7,188 bases of DNA, from assembly GCF_006345805.1 (NCBI RefSeq), contig NW_021828928.1:1-7188 (forward strand). Direction: 5' to 3'. The DNA is from Octopus sinensis (lineage: Eukaryota). The notes beneath the pieces are model-generated. The model saw nothing but the letters and a program-made list of their open reading frames with translations. It made no database searches and had not been told where the DNA came from. Both the position numbers and the translations under genes were made by a program. Shown here one piece after another: positions 1 to 6,844 of the stretch. The first letter of the stretch is position 1, and each line of letters opens with the position of its first letter.

Positions 1-58
1 GGAAAATTCAAAATTTCTAAATCAGTTTTACAGAAATATAAGCTAAGAAATCAAATAG
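1..58 (+). CDS. Candidate 3' part of an upstream host exon (GKFKISKSVLQKYKLRNQI, phase-1 donor); product not recognised
   Basis: Frame 1 is open for 19 codons while frames 2 and 3 hit TAA. It ends at ATAG|GTACGT (58|59), a good 5' splice site. Too short to identify. Confidence 0.35.
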
Positions 59-67
59 GTACGTAAT

Positions 68-275
68 TGTGTCTTTATTTTTGTCCCACTAACATTGCTT
101 GACAACCGATGTTGGTGTGTTTACATCCCTGTAACTTAGTTGTTCAGCAAAAGACACCAATAGAATAAGTACTAGGCTTACAAAGAATAAGTCCTGGGTT
201 CAATTTGTTTGACTAAAGGCAGTGCTCCAGTATGGCCACAGTCAAATGACTGAAACAAGTATACGAATAAAAGAA
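68..275 (+). mobile_element. SINE family A, 3' body only (5'-truncated)
   Basis: Near-colinear with 495-700 (gcttgacaaccgatg...gcagtgctccag...caaatgactgaaacaagta). No tRNA head upstream. Confidence 0.85.
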
Positions 276-295
276 TATATATATATATACATACA

Positions 296-700
296 GGCGC
301 TGGAGTGGCTGTGTGGTAAGTAGCTTGCTTACCACCCACATGGTTCCGGGTTCAGTTCCACTGCGTGGCATCTTGGGCAAGTGTCTTCTACTATAGCCTC
401 GGGCTGACCAAAGCCTTATGTGTGGATTTGGTAGACGGAAACTCAAAGAAGCCTGTCGTATATATATGTGTATGTGTGTATGTGTATGTTTGTATGACTG
501 TGTTTGTCTTCCTAGCATAGCTTGACAACCGATGCTGGTGTTGTTACGTCCCCTTCATTAGCGGTTCGGCAAAAGAGACCGATAGAATAAATACTAGGCA
601 TACAAAGGATAAGTCCCAGGGTCGAGTTGCTCAACTAAAGGCAGTGCTCCAGCATGGCCGCAATCAAATGACTGAAACAAGTAAAAGAGTAAAAGAGAGA
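296..700 (+). mobile_element. SINE family A, apparently full length (tRNA-derived head, internal TA/TG microsatellite, 3' body, AAAAGAG tail)
   Basis: Pol III A-box-like TGGCTGTGTGG (306-316) and B-box-like GGTTCAGTTCC (349-359). Internal (TA)/(TGTA) tract ~459-494. The 3' body duplicates 68-275 and the head matches 2638-2805. Confidence 0.85.
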
Positions 701-788
701 GTATATACACGTACACTATATAAAGACACACACGCATAATATATACATGTCTATGTAAAAGGGAAATAAAATGTTGAAGTTGATATTG

Positions 789-805
789 AAAAGGAGAGAG
801 GGAAT

Positions 806-836
<31 letters not shown>

Positions 837-890
837 GAAAGTAAAAGAAGAGAAGGACATATGAAGGATATAAAATAGGAAAGGAAGGGT
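789..890. repeat. Purine tract containing (AG)11
   Basis: (AG)11 at 813-834 within a G/A-rich stretch. Confidence 0.9.
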
Positions 891-896
891 TGTTAT

Positions 897-982
897 CATT
901 ATTATTAATTACTATTACCATTATTATTATTATTAATTACTATTACTATTATTATTATTATTAATTACTATTACTATTATTT
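897..982. repeat. (ATT)n-derived repeat with a 28-bp higher-order unit (3 copies)
   Basis: TTAATTACTATTAC recurs at 905, 933 and 961. Confidence 0.85.
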
Positions 983-1203
983 GGGTGGTGAGCTGGCAGA
1001 ATCGTTAGCATGCTGGGCAAAATGCTAGGCAGCTATTTGTTTGCCTTTACGTTCTCCGTGCAAATTTTGCAGACATCAACCTTCATCCTTTCGGGGTCAA
1101 TAAAATAAGTACCCTTTGAGTTCTGGGGTCGATGCAATCAATTTACCTGCTCCCCAGAACAAGCTGGCCTTCCGTTAAAATTTGAAGCCATTATTATTAT
1201 TAT
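983..1203 (+). mobile_element. SINE family B copy 1 (tail type 1)
   Basis: Head gtgagctggcagaatcgttag with A-box-like TGGCAGAATCG (994-1004) and a degenerate B box. Core ttcatcctttcggggtcaataaaataagtac. Ends ctggcctt...tttgaagcc(ATT)n. Homologous to 2028-2250. Confidence 0.8.
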
Positions 1204-1206
1204 TTT

Positions 1207-1428
1207 CATGACTCATCTGCCACTACATTCTGAGTTCAAATTCCACCAAGGTCACCTTTGCCTTTCATCCTTTTGGGGTCGATTCAACAACTTCCAGCCA
1301 TGCACTGGAAGCGATGTAATTTACTAGTCCCCTCACCCCAAATTTCAGGCCTTGTGCCTATAGTAAGAAAGTATTACTATTATTATGATGATTATTATTA
1401 TTATATTATTATTATTATTATTATTATT
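1207..1428 (+). mobile_element. SINE family B copy 2, 5'-truncated (tail type 2) with long (ATT)n tail
   Basis: B-box-like GAGTTCAAATTCC at 1232-1244. Core gcctttcatccttttggggtcgat. Ends aaatttcaggccttgtgcctatagtaagaaag then (ATT)n ~1372-1428. Homologous to 2388-2614. Confidence 0.8.
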
Positions 1429-1985
1429 GAGTGAGAGAGCAGTGCATGCCATCAAAGTGACACTGGGGTAAAATATACAAAGCCCAATATACCCATCATG
1501 ACTACCCGTCTGATAAAGGTACACCCGGTACATGCATCACAACCATATGTACGCGACATGGTGATCTCATATCATGATAAACAGCACATGACCTTGCAGG
1601 TGGGGCCCAGTTAGAATTTTCTTCAGGTTGAGTAGCCCATCCCGCTCAAAAGGTCCCTGAATAAGGGTTGTTTAAGGATGTTGAAAGAACCACCCATGTT
1701 TCCAGAGGTGAATTATTCAAACCCCCAACAATCCCTCTCAACACATGGCTATGATGCTCCCCCACTACTTCTGCTCGTGATCAGAGATGCACATAACGTC
1801 AGCCACTAAGGGACATGCTCAACTGGTTAAGGTCAAACAACTGACAAGCAAATCTGTGGTATTGAGCAGAATATTTGCTGTAGCCCATCTTTTATACCAA
1901 GACAAAACAATGTACATGATAACACTTCCAATCAGTTAAGATCAGAAGCCATGAGAGCCACTGCCTGGTACTGCATCGGGGCATT
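1429..1985. mobile_element. ~555-bp non-autonomous interspersed repeat of unknown class, flanked by (ATT)n on both sides
   Basis: Abrupt, GC-richer complex block between two ATT arrays. No credible ORF and no clear A/B boxes. I recall it as a recurrent octopus repeat (unverified). Orientation undetermined. Confidence 0.6.
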
Positions 1986-1990
1986 TATTA

Positions 1991-2021
<31 letters not shown>

Positions 2022-2027
2022 AATTAC

Positions 2028-2250
2028 TGTGACGAGCTGGCAGAATTGTGAGGATGCAAAGCAAAATGTTGAGCGGCATTTTGTCCATCTTTACATTCTG
2101 AGTTCAAATTCCACCAAGGTTGACTTAGCCTTCATCCTTTTTGGATCGATAAATTAAGTACCAGTTGAGTACTGGGGTCAGTGTAATAGACTGGACCCTT
2201 CCTTGAACTTGCTGGCCTTGTGCCAAAACTTGAAATCATTTTTATTATAT
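2028..2250 (+). mobile_element. SINE family B copy 3 (tail type 1)
   Basis: gagctggcagaattg head, GAGTTCAAATTCC B box, core ttcatcctttttggatcgataaattaagtaccagttgagtactggggtc, end gctggccttgtgccaaaacttgaaatcatt. Preceded by (ATT)n 1985-2027. Confidence 0.85.
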
Positions 2251-2274
2251 TAAAAAAAACATAAAAGAAATCAT

Positions 2275-2387
2275 TGCTGTTGTTGTTGTTGTTTTTGCTG
2301 CTGCTGCTAATATTATTATTATTGATGTTGTTATTGTTATAGTTATTGATATTCTTCTTCTTCTTCTTCTTATTATTATTATTATTA
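2275..2387. repeat. Compound trinucleotide microsatellite (TTG)n-(CTG)n-(ATT)n-(TTC)n-(ATT)n
   Basis: Read directly from the sequence. Confidence 0.9.
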
Positions 2388-2614
2388 ATGTGATGAACAA
2401 GCAGAATTGTTACAAAATGCCAGACAAATTACTTTGCATCATTTCTTCCAAGTTTACATTTTGAATTCAAATTCCACCAAGGTTGATTTTGCCCCTCGTC
2501 CTTTTGGGATTGATAAAATAAGAACCAGTTAGGGGCTGGGGTTGACATAATCAATTAACCCCCCACACCCAAAATTTCAGGCCTTATGCCTATAGTAGAA
2601 AGGATTATTATTAT
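2388..2614 (+). mobile_element. SINE family B copy 4 (tail type 2)
   Basis: Degenerate head gatgaacaagcagaattgtta, gaattcaaattccaccaagg, core, end aaatttcaggccttatgcctatagtagaaagg(ATT)n. Confidence 0.8.
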
Positions 2615-2637
2615 CTTCAAAATATTACCAAAAAAAG

Positions 2638-2858
2638 TTGGGGGCATGGCTGTATGGTTAAGAAACTCACTTCAGAACCTTGTGGTCTCAGGTTCAGTCC
2701 CACTTTGCAGGACCTTAAAGAATTAACTTCTTCTAATGTTCCAGGTTGACTTAAGCCTTGTGAATGGGTTTCCTACATGGAACTGATAAAGCCTATGGTA
2801 TATACATGTGTGTGTATATTCATGTATGCATATCTACATTTGTACTTGTATGTGTATG

Positions 2859-2899
<41 letters not shown>

Positions 2900-3083
2900 A
2901 TATGTCTGCTCATGTCTCCTTGTCTTGACATCTGCTGCGAATTATAAACAAATGTCACGTCACACAAACAGTGTCGTTTGTTTGCAGTGTTCCACCAGAA
3001 AACATATCCAACCATTGTGCTGTTCATGTCGGAAGAACTTGGGGAAATATTCTCTTGCTTGAAACCAGCTGAGGATTGGTGAG
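2638..3083 (+). mobile_element. SINE with family A head but a different 3' body (diverged, 3' end missing or unclear)
   Basis: A box TGGCTGTATGG (2647-2657), B box GGTTCAGTCC (2691-2700), colinear with 296-460 up to the microsatellite. After (TG)n the sequence (gtctccttgtcttgacatc...ggggaaatatt...) does not match 495-700. Confidence 0.7.
2861..2898. repeat. (TG)19 microsatellite inside the SINE
   Basis: Perfect dinucleotide run. Confidence 0.95.
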
Positions 3084-3494
3084 CCTATCGAGTGTAGTCA
3101 TAGACTTGACTGAGTGGCACTCACAAGAACCTGGCAAGAAACAAAACAAAATTATGAGAGGGAAAATACAGAAAAGAAAATACATCACCTCCAGTTCATG
3201 CTTCCTGTAGCAGAAACAGCTGGAAGCTAATGAAGGTGTCTACGTAACTCTTGTTCTTTTGTCGTTCATTGATTCATATCTAAAAACATACATAGACACA
3301 AACATTTATACACAGGTATGTGAAGGTATATTCATATATTTACATATGTCCATTTATGTATATCTGTATGTATGTATATATCATCATCATCATCGTTTAA
3401 CATCCACTTTCCATGCTACCAGGCTTCAATCTTAATCTGGCAGAGTTTCTGCAGCTGGATGCCCTTTGTAACGCCAACCATTGAGAGTGTAGTG

Positions 3495-3723
3495 GGTGCT
3501 TTTACGTGTCACCGGCACGGGGCCAGTCACGCAATACTGGTAACGACCTTGCTCAAATCTTTTACACATGCCACCGGCACAGGTGCCAGTAACACAATGC
3601 TGGTAACTATGAAGCTCGAATGGTGACTTTTATGTGCCACTGGCAAGGAAGCCGGTTAGCCACTCTGTTAACGATCACACTCGTATGGTGCTCTTTGCTC
3701 CCCGCTAGCACAGATGCCAGTCA
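3495..3723. repeat. Degenerate 62-66 bp tandem repeat (~3.5 units) in the LINE 3' UTR
   Basis: caccggcac-like cores at 3510, 3572, 3638 and 3703, each followed by gcc(a/g)gt; the first three are then followed by a ct(g)gtaac-like motif. Confidence 0.7.
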
Positions 3724-3850
3724 TCAGATTTGATTTTGATTTCACTTGCATCAACAGGTCTTCGCAAGCAGAGTTTTAGTGTCCAAAGAAGGAAAAGGTA
3801 TGCATAAGTGGGCTGGTTACGCCCCTGGCATAGGCCATGAGGTTATGGTC

Positions 3851-4723
3851 TCATTCGGCTTGCCGGGTCTTCTCACACACGGCATATTTCCAAAAGTCGC
3901 GGTCACTAGTCATTTATTTGGTGAGGCCTAAAGTTTGAAGGTCATGCTTCAACACTTCATCCCAGGTCTTCCCGGGTCAACCTCTTCCACAGGTTCCCTC
4001 AACCACTAGGGTGTGGCACTTTTTCACACAGCTATCCTCATCCATTCTTGCGACATGACCATACCAGTGCAGTCTTCTTTTGCACACCCCATCTGCTGCT
4101 TCTTAGGACCAATATTTCTCTCAAGGTACTTACACTCTGTTGAGTATGCACACTGACATTACACATCCATTGGATCATACTGGTTTCATTCCTTGCGAGC
4201 TTACGCATGTCCTCAGCAGTCACAGCCCATGTTTCACTGCCATGTAGCATGGCTGTTCATACACATGCGTCATACAGTCTGCCGTTTACTCTGAGTGAGA
4301 GGCCTTTTGTCACCAGCAGAGGTAAGAGCTCTCTGAACTTTGCCCAAGCTATTCTTATTCTAGCAGCTAAACTTTCAGCGCACCCTCCCCCGCAACTGAC
4401 TTGGTCCCCTAAGTAATGGAAGCTACCAACTACTTCTATTTTTTCTCCCTGGAATGTGGTGGAAGTTGTTCTCTGCGCATTTCCAGTGTTTATTGCACCC
4501 TAGCATCTGCCACATACAAAAACTATCTTCCCCATTAGCCTTCCTTTGATATTACTGCACCTCTTATGCGTCCATAGCTTACACTGGGTACATCTTATAG
4601 AGTTTTTACCTATGCCTCTACTACAGATCGAGCAGGGCCATCTACCTGAAGGGGTTTGTGGTTTGCTTGCCTTCCCACTTATTAGGACTTTGGTTTTAGC
4701 TAGGTTGACTCTAAGGCCCTTTG

Positions 4724-4724
<1 letters not shown>
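3851..4724 (-). pseudogene. Decayed RTE ORF2 remnant (reverse transcriptase C-terminus with embedded PHD finger)
   Basis: One frame runs from 4724 to ~4075 with stops at 4500-4502 (TAG) and 4257-4259 (TGA). A frameshift near 4075-4080 follows, then two more stops, and the probable natural stop TGA at 3851-3853 after EKTRQAE. Confidence 0.9.

Positions 4725-4726
<2 letters not shown>

Positions 4727-4756
<30 letters not shown>
4727..4756. repeat. (AT)15 microsatellite at the LINE 5' truncation point
   Basis: Perfect run. Confidence 0.95.
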
Positions 4757-4759
<3 letters not shown>

Positions 4760-4804
4760 ACAGAAGTAACAAAGTGACCCAAGATCTGAAAGTTTCATTA
4801 ATTA

Positions 4805-4869
4805 GCACTTATCAAACTGGTTTTTTGGAGGTATATTCCCAGACCTCCAAACACCACTTTGATGAGTGT
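4805..4869 (+). other. 65-nt stem-loop, pre-miRNA-like geometry
   Basis: 25 base pairs (23 Watson-Crick, 2 G-U), one C-C mismatch, one small internal loop, 10-nt terminal loop (4833-4842). The fold is seen directly; function is unproven. Confidence 0.55.
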
Positions 4870-5190
4870 CAACTCTTGGACCTTGAGTCCCTACTGTCAC
4901 GCCCCTATCACCCCTACCTCTATCTTTCATCTCTCAATCACTCTCTCTTCTTCTTCTTTTTACTCTACTATCTTACTGCTATGATAAAAATTGGCAGTAA
5001 ATCTCTTCTCTTCACCATTCTTCCAATGAAACTAGGGATGTTACTGGACCTACCTGGGTCTCTCCCTAACACCCAGCCACTCCTTTTCATATATTATTAC
5101 CCTAGATCTCTCACCCATCCCAAGGTATATATCAAACCCAGAGACTGAGGGGAACCTTTAGTTTTGTCAAGGACATGGCGATTGTCTCTA

Positions 5191-5356
5191 GTGATGGTGC
5201 CATAAGATGCACCCAGTGCACATTGTGCAGTGGTTGGTGTCAGGAAGAGCATCCAGCTGCAGAAAGAAAACCAGAAAATGTAACTTCAGGCAAGATATTC
5301 TTTGAACCATCCAACCCATTCCAGCATGGAAAGTGGGGGTAAAATGATGATCATCA
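5191..5356 (+). mobile_element. RTE-type 3' end fragment (truncated LINE or RTE-dependent SINE tail)
   Basis: Reverse-complement match to 3381-3518, including exact GCATCCAGCTGCAGAAA (5249-5265 vs 3446-3462) and AGCATGGAAAGTGG (5323-5336 vs 3404-3417). Ends in an ATGATGAT tail. Confidence 0.8.
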
Positions 5357-6218
5357 TACATACATACAGACGTATGGATGTATAAATATACATATGTGCA
5401 TCCTTGTGTATATATTATACACATTCATTCTATCATATATACATATATATGTATGTGTATCCTGAAGAAGGTCTCTTTTATTTTTCATTCCTCCTGGGGT
5501 CAATAGAGTAACAGTTATTATTTCACAGACCAAGGAGGGGTGGAGGATCATTCTGATGATGATGGGTCACCAGAATGTCATTAAACACCCCACCAATATT
5601 TCCTAATCCACCTCATTAAACCCCCAATACTTCATAATAAACTACACCAAGTTATAACTCCTCACCTAACACAAAACAAAACACACTTCACCTGCCAAAC
5701 CCCTTTTTCATACAAACACATCTTTCTCATTGCTACCCAAACATTGTCCCTTATATTAAAGATAATTAAGATGAACCTACCTTTCATTAATTGGGCTTAT
5801 TCATAACCAATCTTTATGATCTCAATCAGCAACAAATAATAACGATCCTCTCAACATGCTGTCTATCAGTGTGATTATATGAAAGCCCATCTTTGGATAA
5901 GCTTTCCGAGTTAATCAATGTTGTGTAAGATAATTGTGTGGATTATATTGAAATGTCGAGAGATTTACAGCATTTGTCAGATTAAGAACAGTTTCATCTC
6001 CAGCTTTATTCGTATCTGTTAATCCAGGTAAATATCACGGAAACCAAGCCAACCATGACTGTCACATCATTTCCAGTGCATATAATTATTAATAATACTT
6101 ATATTCCTGATTTGTAGGGACGTGGTATTTCATTATGCAACCATAAATTCCTGTAAAATATATTAAATCGTTTTAGAAGTCAACACCACATTCTACTTTG
6201 TTAGCAGTGTTTTTCACA

Positions 6219-6448
6219 TTATTCTATTGATATTCCATAGAAATTATAGTTGGCTCTGATTTTTTGCTGAAACGTTTCCTATCGAGATGTCAGATGTATA
6301 CAAACAATGAGATAAACAATGAGAACAAACAACAGATGTTTTTCTCTTTGATCTCATTGTTTGTTTCTGTCTGACATTTCGATATGAAATGTTGTAGCAG
6401 GAAATCAGTCCTGGCTATAATTTCTACCGATAATATCTGTAGAAATAA
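6219..6448 (+). other. Long fold-back / inverted repeat (~230 nt), candidate structured intronic RNA
   Basis: 6238-6313 pairs ungapped with 6351-6426 (60 Watson-Crick, 10 G-U, 6 mismatches). An inner stem spans 6317-6350 with a 5-nt loop, and an outer stem pairs 6219-6234 with 6432-6448. Confidence 0.9.
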
Positions 6449-6701
6449 CCTCAACAAAATATTTATATTCCTTCTTACTCCAAAACTTTTCACCATCACT
6501 TATATTCAGTCAATAAAGATAATGGTGTATTTATATCATCAAGTTTTATTTCTAATGATTATTCCATTGGAAACAGTTTAAATGTTTAACTTCACTGTCA
6601 AATAAACAATTTGTTTAATGTATTTAATGAAATGTGTGTTTTCCTTGAAATTCTTTGAATGAATCAAGTAAATATTATTTTATCAGAAGCTTTTCACAAA
6701 A

Positions 6702-6727
6702 CTAATAAAGTTTTCATTTTATTTCAG
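6702..6727 (+). promoter_or_regulatory. 3' splice acceptor (branch point, pyrimidine tract, CAG)
   Basis: CTAAT 6702-6706, TTTTCATTTTATTT, CAG 6725-6727. Confidence 0.6.
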
Positions 6728-6732
6728 CTTTC

Positions 6733-6738
6733 ATGTAA
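6733..6738 (+). promoter_or_regulatory. ATG-TAA: minimal start-stop uORF, or last codon plus stop of the spliced upstream frame
   Basis: The only ATG between the acceptor (6727) and the main ATG (6845), immediately followed by TAA. Confidence 0.4.
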
Positions 6739-6844
6739 AAATTAGTGAATTTTGAAGAGATAAATTGTATTCCAAAGGAAGAAAACAAAATCCACAGAAA
6801 AGAATATATTTAACAGAAAAAGATAATAATTCTATATTCATAAA

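Larger units (their letters stand above)
3381..4724 (-). mobile_element. 5'-truncated RTE-clade LINE (RT C-terminal region, 3' UTR, (GAT)n tail)
   Basis: Minus-strand translation gives GLRVNLAKTKVL, EKIEVVGSFHYLG, RIRIAWAKFREL, MLHGSETWAV, LHWYGHVARM and GRG*PGKTW, typical of RTE ORF2. (GAT)n tail at 3381-3394. The 5' break abuts (AT)15. Confidence 0.92.
59..6727 (+). other. Putative GT-AG intron (~6.67 kb) of a + strand host gene
   Basis: Donor GTACGT at 59-64. Acceptor with branch-like CTAAT (6702-6706), pyrimidine tract and CAG (6725-6727). The interior is repeats and non-coding DNA. Pairing of these two particular sites is inferred. Confidence 0.5.

Noticed and set aside
1780-1830. Hammerhead-like CTGA motifs on the minus strand of the 555-bp element
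   Set aside because: No intact CUGANGA...GAAA core with flanking stems could be built.
1931-1975. Resemblance to U2 snRNA (ATCAGTTAAGATC; CCTGGTACTGCA)
   Set aside because: The two matches are short and ~35 nt apart versus roughly 100 nt in U2. There is no Sm site or branch-point recognition sequence.
213-3062. Short ORFs of 62-101 aa in the SINE/microsatellite zone
   Set aside because: They are translations of SINEs and simple repeats (HTHT, CVCV, NNNN, IIII, LSLS).
3211-3315. Possible cryptic 105-nt exon (CTTCCTGTAG acceptor, CAG|GTATGT donor)
   Set aside because: The sites are plausible, but such pairs arise often by chance. It has an early TAA in the phase-1 frame, and there is no transcript evidence.
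4725-4808. N-terminus MLINETFRSW...IYIYIY of the 4500-4808 ORF
   Set aside because: It lies outside the LINE homology, which stops at 4724; a chance read-through of flank and (AT)n.
4546-5148. 200-aa + strand ORF, the longest in the track
   Set aside because: It is antisense to the RTE RT remnant, reads through (AT)15 (IYIYIY) and a pyrimidine tract, and has no domain character.
5482-5514. Weak similarity to the SINE B core (tttcattcctcctggggtcaatagagtaacag)
   Set aside because: About 30 nt, degenerate, with no head or tail recognisable around it.
5581-5760. Possible NUMT (mitochondrion-like skew; one minus frame open under the invertebrate mitochondrial code)
   Set aside because: The translation resembles no mitochondrial protein I recognise, and G/T-rich strands lack stops by composition.
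6290-6581. ORFs 6290-6499 (-) and 6384-6581 (+)
   Set aside because: Short, low-information frames over the inverted repeat and AT-rich intron end; no splice or domain support.
6512-6709. AATAAA hexamers (6512, 6601, 6704)
   Set aside because: Expected by chance in very AT-rich DNA; no basis for calling poly(A) sites.
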